From a virus (Duplodnaviria; Caudoviricetes), in IMG/VR virus record IMGVR_UViG_3300029705_000042: a DNA stretch of 64,000 nt, one strand, 5' to 3'. The stretch's first letter is position 1, and each line of letters opens with the position of its first letter. Position numbers and translations under genes: made by a program. A model generated the notes under the pieces. It made no database searches. It was not told the origin of the DNA and was given only the letters and a program-made list of their open reading frames with translations. Positions 40,101 to 50,749 of this stretch are shown piece by piece.

Positions 40101-42069
40101 TTATTGTCTGGAATATCATCCATATCTTGAAAAAATCTACACTTATTATTTAGTTCGCAGTAAGCACACATATGTTCAAAATCTAAGTCCTTTTCGTAAA
40201 CAACCTCTGGCTTACATTTGTTACAATAATTTGTTTCCCACCACTTTAAATAAGGGGTATCATCATTGAATACAAAATATTCATCTATCCAATCAACAAG
40301 CTCGTCAATATTTTTGTTTTTAATATTCTCAAATACTGTCATGATATCATTAGCCTTTCTTAACTCTAATCACAAAATCATCTGCGTCTTCGCACGAATA
40401 CCAATCATATCCATTATAGATTTCAATGTCGGTAATGTTTTTCATATCGTCATCGCATAAAACATTCATTACAGGCTCAACTTGATAAATCTCTTTGCCG
40501 TTCTTAAACCAAACCGCCTCAAGCATCATAATATCATCCTCCATAAAATAAACTTTTTAAGTGCTTATATATTTAATTCATATTTTTCTTTGAGTCTTGC
40601 TAACTCAGCTAACTCTTTTTGTCTAAGTTCTTCTTGCTTCTTTTGTTCTGCTTTTAATTTATATGGCGCTATAAATTGGTCATTCATTAATTTAATATAT
40701 TCGTCATAAACCTTTCTACTATTACCATATGCCAAAAGCTGATATAAATAATCTTGTGCAATTTTTTCTGCTAATTTTCTATTATCCTTCTCAATATTTA
40801 CATGAAAAGCAATCCAAAATCCACCATTTCGTATATTATTAGGTTTTAGTTCATCGGAAATATAACATTTATATCTGTTTGGTTCGTCTCTCATAATCCA
40901 TTCATTGTCCTTAGAATCAAAAACAATTTCGTGGTCGTACTTTAAAGTAATCTTAGACAAATCCTTTTCATTTTGAAGGTCTTTTATTTCTCGGACATAA
41001 TAGTCACCAGCACCATAAGCTGCACAATATTTGTCTGCATCCAAACGATTGTTAAAGTAACCAACTACATACCAATCACTGTAACAACCACCAAAAACTC
41101 CATATACCATATTACTTACCTCTTAAAATATTCTTTTTATTTGTTTTAATCACAATCTAAAACAATGACCTTGCTACTATGACCAATATCAGCAATGCCA
41201 TTTATATTGAAGGTGTGATATGTTCCCCAAGAACTCTCTATCGTACATTGCGAATCATCATAGAATATACCTTCAACTTCAAAGTCTGGATACTTTAACA
41301 ACAATTCAGCCAAATCTTTTGCTTTCATGCCCTTACCTCACTCTATCCAAAAATAAGTTACATCCTGCAAATCTTTGAGCCAACTGTCTTCACAGAATTT
41401 TTCCCAATCATTAATAATGGTTACGAAAAATCTTTTGCAACCTTCGATTGTACCCCAACCATTTTCGGCTTCGTACTTCTTATATTTTTCTGGATACTTT
41501 AACAACTCGGCATAACCATCTATGATACGAGGAATAACATCTTTGCACAGCCCATTGTTCTCTTCATTCTTCCATTCAAGACCAGTAGACTTTACAATCA
41601 TATCTCTAAGATTCCAAGTGATATTGGCATCGCTGTCATAAACTCCAACATAACGATTATCAAGACCTTCAACTTTTACCTTAAAACTAATATCGTATGA
41701 CATATTCTTACCTCATGTATATTTTAAGTAATCTCTTTACAAATTCTCAGTGCTTCTTCAAGGTCGGATATCAAAGGTTTTACCCAATAAGGACTGAAAC
41801 AATTTATAAATTGACCGTACTTTCTCTTGAAAAATATAGTTCCATCGTCTTCTGTACCAAGAACCAATAAGGGATGCTTACTATCCTTATTAATTATCAT
41901 TACAGGCATAACAGCATCGCCACTTGTCATAAAAACAATATCGTATTCTTCCTTCAACTGTTTTAATGTATCGTCATCCCAACACTGGTCTTCTGCGCTA
42001 AACATCATAGGCTCATCATCTTCTAAATTTTCGTTAAAAATAAAGCTCAACATATCTATTACCTCATAA

Positions 42070-42307
42070 AATCTCGATTTTAATTTCTTTCGAGTATCAA
42101 TTTTCTATAACAATCTTCAAATCGCCAATCATATTCATCGACGCCATCAATAAATCGCACCTTATATGATTCTACACCATATAAATAATAATCAATATCT
42201 ACAATTTCACCAATCTGTAGATACCTCTTGTGCGATTCATCTGTAATAAGTATATAATCTCCACTTCTTAACATGTGCGCTCCTCATCAATCTCGATTTT
42301 AATTTCT
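42070..42307. repeat. 19-bp direct repeat flanking gene 42080-42274
   Basis: aatctcgattttaatttct at 42070-42088 and 42289-42307. Confidence 0.9.
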
Positions 42308-42610
42308 ATTATCAGCAATTTGAATTTTTGCTCTGTAATGAACCTGCTCTTCAAAAAACTCAGGGTTAAAACTTGTTGTATACGATATGTCCATATGGTC
42401 GATTATTTGTTCGCCTAATCGTTGTGCTAATCTATCTCTAAAACATCCTTCTGGCAACCTCTCAACATCTCGCTTATTCACAACAATATTTTCTTCGAGA
42501 GTTATAAGCGGTTTATACGAATGTGTAATTGTAACCTCTTCAAAAACAGTAGGTTCAAGTTTTCTTAATATCTTTTTAAGAATTTTAATTAACCATTTTC
42601 TCATATACAT

Positions 42611-42817
42611 TTACCACACTTTCTTTGTTGGTGCTATCAAAGGTGTCCAATGAGTAACCTTGTAACAATGTAGTAGCCCATCTTTGCACCACACATTAAT
42701 ATCGCTTCTAAAATAACCTATAAAGAAATAACCACCATTTTTATCCGAATAACAAAGCACCTCTTCGTTATCTTCTGGCAGCTCATCTCTTACATCAATC
42801 CAATCTTCCATATACAT
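42611..42817 (-). CDS. DUF551-like phage protein
   Basis: WIDVRDELPE..EVL ... VTHWTPL. Confidence 0.75.
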   Translation of the reverse strand: MYMEDWIDVRDELPEDNEEVLCYSDKNGGYFFIGYFRSDINVWCKDGLLHCYKVTHWTPLIAPTKKVW

Positions 42818-44102
42818 TTACCTCTTACGATTTATTTCTGTATATATTATACTCCTTAAATATGTACTCCACTTGAATAAATTGTAAACAATTTGTAAAC
42901 GCTTACAATTTTTCTGTTACATATTTCTTTTTGAGTTCAGCAATGTCGTTTTTAAGTTCCTCGAAATAATGCGGTATTGGGTAATCAGTCCCATCATCAA
43001 CACAATGATTGTTAAACAAGGCTTCCTCAATCTCCTCAAAAATTTCCTCTGCAAGCTCTACATCCCAGCCCTCAACCCAACTTTTCGGTATAACATCGGC
43101 AGTAGAAAGTGTTTCTGCAAAAGATATTGCAGACTTCAAACCAAGCACAGTTCCATAAGCAACGCTTTTTCCATTAATTCTTCCACCATAATGTGGCTCA
43201 CAACACCCCTCAATTTCGTCTTTGAGATGTGCTATAAGTTTATCTGCATCTATATATCTCATATTACTTACCTTCCATATATTTCTCTTTGAGATTGTCA
43301 AAATCGTATATCATCTCGCCTGTTGAATATTCCTTATCATTAAGATACTTAAATGTGATTTTATCAATCTCTTCAAAGATTTCATTTTTAAATTTCTGCA
43401 AATCTCCGCATAATTTATCAAGCTGCTCAATTCTTTCGTGTGCTCCTTTGAGCAAATGTTCTGACATTTCAAGGTAACTTCTTGGTACGACATCGGCAAT
43501 GGGCATATTTTTAATTTCGCTTGCAAATGCTATTTCTCTAATATCGTATTGGTTTACACGGTCTCCAACATCTCGAATATAAAATGGTATTCTATCTGCA
43601 TCAATATATCGTGCCATATCAATCTCCATTCTTTACTATTACAATTTTGCCCTCGTAAATATCCTTATAAATATTCTGTATCTTACGGTATCCCATATTA
43701 TAAAGTTTTTCTGCAGTGTAAGTTGCCTCGCCTATGTTCATATCGGGCGTTGGGCAACTCGTCCAGATATCGTTTGCCATTTCCTCAATCTCTTTATTGC
43801 GTTTTCTCATGCTTGCTTACCCTATAAAAATTTGATTTTAATTGTTTCTTCCGACTGTGCAAATAAATTTAATGAATTTACAAAACCACCAAATTATTGA
43901 AAAAACAGGGCAAAGTAGATTAAAGATTAGACATACTACTCCTGTTCCAAAATAATTTAATTCCCATTCATCATATATCCAGATAGGACTCAGTATATTA
44001 TTATCGTCCGAAGGTCTAAGCTTATTTACCCAGAATATCAGAAGAAACAATCCTCCAAATATATGCCAGACAAGCAAAACAGCTATATACCAAGGCATCA
44101 TT

Positions 44103-44150
44103 TCATTTTATCTCCTTCCAGCCATTTCTCTCAATAATTGTTCGCATATT
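44103..44150 (-). pseudogene. orphaned 3' end of a receiver-domain gene homolog
   Basis: Encodes NMRTIIERNGWKEIK* versus NMRAIIQRNNWKEVF* at the end of 44282-44587. Confidence 0.7.
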
Positions 44151-44281
44151 AATGAAGCATTCGAAACCATCTTAACTGTTGGCTGTTTCGTTGTGCTGCT
44201 TTTGTATTAAGACTGAGCAATATTGCTAATACAATATTTAAAACTACTGAACAAATTAATCCGATAATAAGCCAAACCATA

Positions 44282-44587
44282 TCAAAATACCTCTTTCCAA
44301 TTATTCCTCTGTATAATTGCCCGCATATTAGCAACGCCGACAGGATTCATACTGTGGATGCGAATAGGGTAGTTGCGACTAGTCTCTTCAAGCCAATCAA
44401 GGAGTTTGATGTAGTCACCACCGAAACAAACATAGTCTCCAGCATCATGGTCTATGTCGATGAGTTCAAAAGGTTCTCCTAAACTTTCCCGTACCTCAAT
44501 CCACTGTTTAGCATTCTCAACACTCATAGACCAAACATCGTAACCTTCAGGTGCAGGTCTTACATCGTCTATCCAAAGTTTCATCAC
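44282..44587 (-). CDS. cyclic-phosphate-processing receiver-like domain protein
   Basis: LWIDDVRPAP, IDIDHDAG, IHSMNPVG. Confidence 0.8.
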   Translation of the reverse strand: MMKLWIDDVRPAPEGYDVWSMSVENAKQWIEVRESLGEPFELIDIDHDAGDYVCFGGDYIKLLDWLEETSRNYPIRIHSMNPVGVANMRAIIQRNNWKEVF

Positions 44588-44785
44588 TTAAAATCCTTCT
44601 TTTATAATCTCTAACCTTTTCAAGTCTTCCCAATGTGCATTTTGAAATCTCTTGATTGCTTCTTCTTTAGAAAATGATGGTTGCTTTTCTACATATGCAA
44701 CACCCATTTCGTATGAACTTCTTATGACCTGATATATATATCGTTTAAACACTTCTACATCAAAAAGTATAGTACTCTTTTCCAT
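44588..44785 (-). CDS. hypothetical protein
   Basis: 65 aa in operon. Confidence 0.55.
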   Translation of the reverse strand: MEKSTILFDVEVFKRYIYQVIRSSYEMGVAYVEKQPSFSKEEAIKRFQNAHWEDLKRLEIIKEGF

Positions 44786-44801
44786 CGCTTAAACCTTTCT
44801 T

Positions 44802-45698
44802 TTATCTCCCATTCAGAATTTTCTGAAACATTTCGTCAATGCTATCCATAATAGGATATCTTTCAGTTGCCAAAGAATTCTTGCCAAAAGTTCCGTCTAC
44901 CATGTCAATATAAAAAGTATAATTACCATCGTCTCCCATGTAGAATTCTTCCCACTGCTCTTCGGGCAAATGCTTTTGTACATTAAGCTGCTTAATTGCA
45001 AGGTTATCAAAACTTACAACCTTGAACCAGCCAGTGTTAATAATCTCAGGGAACAGATATTTATCCAAGTCTTCCTGCAAGGCATTAACAATCTCGTCAT
45101 TCTGTTCATAATAACTTTCTCCACGACGAAGGTTCTTGTATCCAAGAATAAGAATCTTAAGGTCATATCCAGCAAGGCGAATCAAGTCACATACAGAAAC
45201 TACACCATTAATAACATGAATAACAGCGTTCGGAATCTGAGTAATCATACTAATAAATTCATCGGTAGACTCTCTCAAAGAAACACCAAGACCGTAGATT
45301 AAACCCTCATCAATCCATTCTTTGATAGTATCAAAGTGTCTCTCAAAGTGAATTTGATTGACCGTCATATTCAAAATGATTTTCTTTTCCTTCATCTTCT
45401 GCATAAAAGGAATTAAATCAGGGTGGGAAAGGTCATTACCATTAATGGCAAGTTCAGTATAAGGGTGTAAAGTATCGAGGAATTTATAGTTTAAGATGTC
45501 ACCGTGTCTGCCGTTAGGAGTACATCCTTCATAGCAGAACGGACATCCGCCATCACACTTATCAGTAATTTTTACATCGCAATTTTCCGCAAAAGAAGGA
45601 ATGAATTCATCATCATTCGTCTCTCTAATCTTAGTTCCGTCAGACAGAATCTTAACGGAATAATTACCATTCTTATATACTCCTAACAGCTTCACCAT
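44802..45698 (-). CDS. radical SAM enzyme
   Basis: CDGGCPFC (CxxxCxxC), ING, MTVN; start MVKLL after AGGAG. Confidence 0.9.
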   Translation of the reverse strand: MVKLLGVYKNGNYSVKILSDGTKIRETNDDEFIPSFAENCDVKITDKCDGGCPFCYEGCTPNGRHGDILNYKFLDTLHPYTELAINGNDLSHPDLIPFMQKMKEKKIILNMTVNQIHFERHFDTIKEWIDEGLIYGLGVSLRESTDEFISMITQIPNAVIHVINGVVSVCDLIRLAGYDLKILILGYKNLRRGESYYEQNDEIVNALQEDLDKYLFPEIINTGWFKVVSFDNLAIKQLNVQKHLPEEQWEEFYMGDDGNYTFYIDMVDGTFGKNSLATERYPIMDSIDEMFQKILNGR

Positions 45699-45712
45699 AT
45701 CAATTCTCCTTA

Positions 45713-46081
45713 TCAATCATAACCATACTCGCCAAAGGCAACAATTGTTTCGCCAGAGGGAGTCGTAAATTCTTCATAAAAACCTTCGAGATATTCGTTG
45801 CCCTCGTCATCCCAAGAGATAAAGCCAATATCTTTCAGAATCTCGTCATCAATTTCTTCTTTGTCCTTATAATATTTATTCCTCTTTGCAAATTCTACTG
45901 CTTCATCTCTTGTATAAAGCTGATTCTCAACAGGCTTGCTAAATTCCCATCCCCAACCATCTCTATACAGATAAAGATGTTCTTTATGCCATCTATCGTA
46001 ATCGCTCTTCATCATCATTGTAATAGAATGGGTGCTGCTACTATTAGTTTCAAAAACGCTTCGTCTAATCTGTCTCTTCAT
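45713..46081 (-). CDS. acidic protein with N-terminal MKRQIRRSVFETNSSSTHSI motif
   Basis: First 20 aa nearly identical to the neighbour, remainder unrelated by eye. Confidence 0.8.
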   Translation of the reverse strand: MKRQIRRSVFETNSSSTHSITMMMKSDYDRWHKEHLYLYRDGWGWEFSKPVENQLYTRDEAVEFAKRNKYYKDKEEIDDEILKDIGFISWDDEGNEYLEGFYEEFTTPSGETIVAFGEYGYD

Positions 46082-46095
46082 ATTAATTTTCCTCC

Positions 46096-46644
46096 TTAGT
46101 TTCCTTTGTAAAAATAATCATAATTTTCGGGGTCATGATATGGATTTAGCTTTTCAACATATTTGCCATTCTCATATTCCCAAGTTGTTCTATCGGCAAT
46201 ATTACATCCTGCGGGACAAGAGTCTTGATTGTCATTCCCAGTATAAACACTACTATCGCCAAACAGATATCTCATAAGTAAATCTTCGTTTCCAAGAACG
46301 GCGAAGATGAATTCTCTTGCTTCGTTGCTATGGTCAACATATCCATAATCAAGCCACTTATATCCAGACTCGCTATCAATATACTTAGGCTCTTCAAATT
46401 CGTATTCAATTGAATAGCTATCCAGTATGTTCTTAAGCTGTTCAAGCAATTCATCAGAATCATTCTGTTCAAGAATAGCAGTATAAAGATAATCTGCCGT
46501 GTCTACACAGTCATTTTCCCAACCGAATTCTCCGATTCTGAAATGAATATATTTTCCAATCACAGGATTCTTCTTTGAAATGGCAATGCTGTGCGTACTA
46601 CTTGAATTTGTTTCAAACACACTATTTCTAATCTGTCTTTTCAT
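46096..46644 (-). CDS. acidic protein with N-terminal MKRQIRNSVFETNSSSTHSI motif
   Basis: Same leader; GEFGW and GYVDH motifs. Confidence 0.8.
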   Translation of the reverse strand: MKRQIRNSVFETNSSSTHSIAISKKNPVIGKYIHFRIGEFGWENDCVDTADYLYTAILEQNDSDELLEQLKNILDSYSIEYEFEEPKYIDSESGYKWLDYGYVDHSNEAREFIFAVLGNEDLLMRYLFGDSSVYTGNDNQDSCPAGCNIADRTTWEYENGKYVEKLNPYHDPENYDYFYKGN

Positions 46645-46682
46645 ATAAATTTATTCCTTTCTTATTTATTAAAAACCTTATT

Positions 46683-46823
46683 TTATTTGCTCTTTATTTT
46701 CTTATACCGAGGGCAATCTTTTGTTGACTTATTTCCACAAACAACATTATCCATATACCAAATACAACAACCGCCCTCTTTAATTGCTTTCTGATATATC
46801 TTACAGTTCTTACATTTACTCAT
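46683..46823 (-). CDS. 46-aa Cys-rich protein absent from the ORF track
   Basis: MSKCKNCKIYQKAIKEGGCCIWYMDNVVCGNKSTKDCPRYKKIKSK; paralog at 49801. Confidence 0.8.
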   Translation of the reverse strand: MSKCKNCKIYQKAIKEGGCCIWYMDNVVCGNKSTKDCPRYKKIKSK

Positions 46824-46833
46824 AACTTACCTC

Positions 46834-47418
46834 TTAAAACTCTCTTCGTCCAATCATCGTATTTACCACATCAGCCACATCTTTATTCGCCTGAGCAACC
46901 TTGACATTATTGTTGTCTACAATGGTTCTATATCCAACACAAAGCTCCTCAAGATTCTTAATCATAGTTCGATACTCTTTAATCTGAGTCTCGGCATCAG
47001 TAATCATTTCTTTATATGTATTGGATTCTGTCTGCACCTGCTGCTTTGTATTTTCCAAGACCTCTTTATATGTATTTAACTTTTCCATCATCTTGGATAC
47101 ATACAATTTGTTAAACTCCTCGTCAAATCCAAGGTCAATCTTATAAAGAGTGACAACATTCTTTGCTCTACTATCTAAAAGAACAACCCAACAATCTTTG
47201 AGATACACATCAATCACATTACCCTTGCCATCCTTCTGCGACTGCTTACCTGTGTAAATAAGTTCTCCATAGTTTATAAGCTTATGTATATCGGTTTTAA
47301 TTTTTTCCTCGTTCAAGGTAATAAAACGATTTACATCCATATCGTTTTCTTTGCCCATAATGCGCTCAGCATAACGAGTTTTGCAATGTGCCGAAATTTG
47401 ATAATCTATAACTTCCAC
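46834..47418 (-). CDS. hypothetical protein with C-terminal coiled coil
   Basis: HC..RY.ER N-terminal motif; heptad-rich C-terminal half. Confidence 0.65.
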   Translation of the reverse strand: MEVIDYQISAHCKTRYAERIMGKENDMDVNRFITLNEEKIKTDIHKLINYGELIYTGKQSQKDGKGNVIDVYLKDCWVVLLDSRAKNVVTLYKIDLGFDEEFNKLYVSKMMEKLNTYKEVLENTKQQVQTESNTYKEMITDAETQIKEYRTMIKNLEELCVGYRTIVDNNNVKVAQANKDVADVVNTMIGRREF

Positions 47419-47430
47419 AATATACCTCCG

Positions 47431-48189
47431 CTACATTATTTGAGAATTGTCATAAGACCAAGTTCCAAAATATATTTCTTCTGCTTTCTTTCGTGCCTTA
47501 ACAGCATCTTCAAACTTATCAAAAAATCCTAAATGCATTTCATTTCTGTCCTTTGATATTCTCGCATGCCATTTCCCAATTCTTTTATTCCAACTAACAC
47601 CAGTTACACCACTTGTATTATCACTCTTCAAACCTTTGTTCATTTGATTTTGACTGTTGGTTGCAACTCTAAGATTATACTTCCTATTATCATTTCTTGT
47701 CTCTTTTCCATGGATATGGTCAACTTCTACTTTTTTATATGAAACTTCAGTTAATCCCATTACGAGCCTATGCATCTGAATGTTTTTCTTTGAATTTTTT
47801 ATGTCTTTTGCGACAATATATCTATTGGCACCGATATGCCAACTATAATCTTTTATCTTTTCATAATCTTCTAAGTCAAAATAAAATTCTTCGCCATTAG
47901 CAGTATATCCTATTCCATATTCACCAGATAAATCGTATGTATTATATTTCTTTTTCTTTATTGCATTACTTTCTTTTGTTCTTTCCGTCTTAAGACATCC
48001 ACAAGATTGTGTTTTCTTGCTATGTAACTGTGTGGCACGAACAATGACTTTAGTTTTATTTTCGCAACTACATTCGCACAACCACTGCGAATCGTGCCTC
48101 CCTTTCGGTGAAATATAATCTTCTACTTGTTCTAAAACGGTTAATCTATTAAACTTTTGTCCAGTTAAATCTTTTTTCACTTTAACCAT
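47431..48189 (-). CDS. free-standing HNH-AP2 endonuclease
   Basis: DLTGQKF, WLCECSC, SCGC, VDHIHG..DNRKYNLR, NTSGVTGV. Confidence 0.88.
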   Translation of the reverse strand: MVKVKKDLTGQKFNRLTVLEQVEDYISPKGRHDSQWLCECSCENKTKVIVRATQLHSKKTQSCGCLKTERTKESNAIKKKKYNTYDLSGEYGIGYTANGEEFYFDLEDYEKIKDYSWHIGANRYIVAKDIKNSKKNIQMHRLVMGLTEVSYKKVEVDHIHGKETRNDNRKYNLRVATNSQNQMNKGLKSDNTSGVTGVSWNKRIGKWHARISKDRNEMHLGFFDKFEDAVKARKKAEEIYFGTWSYDNSQIM

Positions 48190-49772
48190 ATTATTAACCT
48201 CTTAAAATCCCCTATTGTGTGTTCCATTTGATATATCTGACCATTGAAAAATACATTGCTTGCCATCATCTTAATAATTTCTCTTGCTTCTTCTAGTGTT
48301 TTAATTTCATCAATTGCTTTTACATCGTGCTTCATAATGCGTTTATACAATTCACATACTCTATCAAACATATTTTCCATCCCTTACAAAACCTTTAATT
48401 GTCAACATTATATTTCTCATAATCAATTATTCCAAACTGGTCATCCTGGTCAAATATATTAGGATAAAAAATTCCAACCCAAAAATCATCTTGAAGTGCT
48501 TGGTAAGCTTTAAATTCTTCGTTCCATTTTTGTACCTCAGCAACAACCTCTTCGTTCAATGCACCTGATTCATCACAATAATCGCCACTTGTTACCTTAT
48601 ATTCAAGCGTCTCGTAAGTTTCTTTGTCCACAAATCTATTAGCTAAATATATTCCCGTATGCATACAACCAAGGATAAATATCATAATTGCAAGCACAAC
48701 GCCTGAAATGCGATATATCAACGCTCCAACACACACAATACCATCACTATCTATTCTGAATCCCCAGATAAGCAATCCAACACCTATGATAAATATAATT
48801 GCAAACAACCACAACAACATAATAAATAATAACCCCTTTCTACATTTAAAATTCTTGTTTTATATTCCGTAAAATTCCTTCATAGAAATAATTGAGTTAT
48901 CATAATGGCAAACATAATATGCCTCACCATTATTTTCAAATACATCAATATTTGAAATATGTACACAACGATAATACATATCATCGTCTTTAGATTGCCC
49001 TTCATCTAAAACCAACCAGCCATCAACGATATTGCCAGCATCTGTTGGTTTAAATAGTCGCACATCCCAAGCGTGTCTATCATATGGTGAATAAAAACAT
49101 TTTCCCTGTAATATTCTTGTCATATCTTTTACCTCTAAAGCTTTAAAAATCTTCTTTTATGTCGTCTTTTGGAATCCAATTAGAATATGCATCATAATCT
49201 TTCATACAATCATTAACATATTCACCACAACCATGAGTTTCTTCGTTGCAACGACCACAGTTTGCACATTTTCTTCCATCCTTAAAACATACAACACGAA
49301 CAATTTCATAAACCTGAATCTCCTTGTTCTTAAAAGGAAACTCTTTGCACTTTGGACACTTAATTGTTTCTACCATTTCTTCTTCGGTCATTTCATATCC
49401 AGTCCAACTATTATTCGTTTCAAAATATACTGCATCTTGTTCACACTCTTCAATAGAGTGCATATAATATCCGTCAGACCCATTATCATTAAATAAATTA
49501 ACTGCTACTGTTTTTATTGGCATTCCGCATTTTTCACAATACATACTCTCACCTATTAAAACTCTGCTTTTATGTCATTATCTATTGATTATTCTTTCGA
49601 TATCTTCCAAAGAATATTTTATTGAATCTATCAGACGGAAGATTTCATCTCGTCCTCTTTCCGTCTCATATCCAATTCTCAATATCTCTATTACCGCACA
49701 GTGAAACTTACTTGAAACTTCATTTTCTTTATTCAATAACATATCAACAATCTGCTTTGTGTTCATACTCAC
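48177..49772 (-). other. accessory genes (48177, 48395 membrane protein, 48860, 49143 Zn-finger-like, 49578)
   Basis: ORFs with RBS, mostly separated by palindromic sites. Confidence 0.7.
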
Positions 49773-49800
49773 CTCAAAATTTCCACTTAAAACTTTACTT

Positions 49801-49944
49801 TTAAGTCCCCTTTTTATATTTATATTCCGTACAATCTTTTACAGATTTATTTCCGCAAACAACATTGTCCATATACCACTTACAACAAGCAAACTTGTTC
49901 AAGGTCTTGTTGTATGTCTTACAAGTCTTACATCTATTATCCAT
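49801..49944 (-). CDS. 47-aa Cys-rich protein absent from the ORF track
   Basis: MDNRCKTCKTYNKTLNKFACCKWYMDNVVCGNKSVKDCTEYKYKKGT. Confidence 0.8.
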   Translation of the reverse strand: MDNRCKTCKTYNKTLNKFACCKWYMDNVVCGNKSVKDCTEYKYKKGT

Positions 49945-49957
49945 ATAACATTGCCTC

Positions 49958-50602
49958 TTAATCTTCCGTTTCTTCGTCTTCCATCTTCATGACTACATCG
50001 CAGATACCACACTTGATAGTCATATCTCTCTTACCCTTAACTTCTGCTCCACAATCTGGACAAGTGTACTTGAAGACGCTCTTCTTTCTTCCGCCACCGC
50101 CACTAGACGGCTTCATAGGGACACTTCTGAAATACTCGAATGCTTCTTCATTGGGCTTAACAACTTCGTTCATATAGGCTTCCAAAGCTTCAGACATAGA
50201 AGTGTAGCCATAGCCAACACCCTTGCCCTTTTCAACTACCAGACCAACTTTTTCCGCAGAACTCTTGAACTTCTTATTATGTACGTTACCGCTACAATCC
50301 TTAATGTCATTCATCTTATTATAGTAATGGCACATCTCATGCAGAAGAGTTTCTGCTACATCAGCAGGAGTGCGAGTATTGAACCATCTGGGGTCGATAT
50401 TAATTTCATAGTAAGAAGTTTCTTCCGACTCAACATCATTCTTATCTCGCCAAGTTCTGTCTACTGTGAAATGTCCAAGGACGTTTCCTCTGGTCTTCTG
50501 AATGGTAATGACAGGTTCAGGCAGTTCCCCATTGAACTTATCACGATTCAGGATGTCAAAGATTCTATACAATTCTTCCAGTGCCTTGCCAATAATGTTC
50601 AT
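49958..50602 (-). CDS. SprT-like zinc metalloprotease with C-terminal Zn ribbon
   Basis: TLLHEMCH, HNKKF, CPDC...CGIC. Confidence 0.85.
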   Translation of the reverse strand: MNIIGKALEELYRIFDILNRDKFNGELPEPVITIQKTRGNVLGHFTVDRTWRDKNDVESEETSYYEINIDPRWFNTRTPADVAETLLHEMCHYYNKMNDIKDCSGNVHNKKFKSSAEKVGLVVEKGKGVGYGYTSMSEALEAYMNEVVKPNEEAFEYFRSVPMKPSSGGGGRKKSVFKYTCPDCGAEVKGKRDMTIKCGICDVVMKMEDEETED

Positions 50603-50634
50603 AATAATTGTTCCTTTCTTTAATTTACACTTGT

Positions 50635-50663
50635 ATTATATCACAAAATTTTCCATCTGTCAA
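50635..50663 (-). promoter_or_regulatory. sigmaA promoter
   Basis: TTGACA-17-TATAAT. Confidence 0.85.
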
Positions 50664-50749
50664 GTAGTTATAAGAATATTCTGATAATTAAAGTTGCACA
50701 TTTTTTTAATATTTAAAAACAAACTTATTTTGGCTTTAAAATCTGTCTT

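Larger units (their letters stand above)
37196..44280 (-). other. array of about 25 small accessory genes, including a DUF551-like gene (42611-42817), two RYIDAD-family genes (42903, 43264) and small membrane proteins
   Basis: Contiguous minus-strand ORFs with RBS; includes a 58-aa ORF (38837-39013) missing from the track. Confidence 0.75.

Noticed and set aside
41285-41506. 18-bp exact repeat tctggatactttaacaac in two adjacent genes
   Set aside because: Inside coding sequence (LLKYP in both) with no boundary logic; cannot be distinguished from chance or old micro-homology
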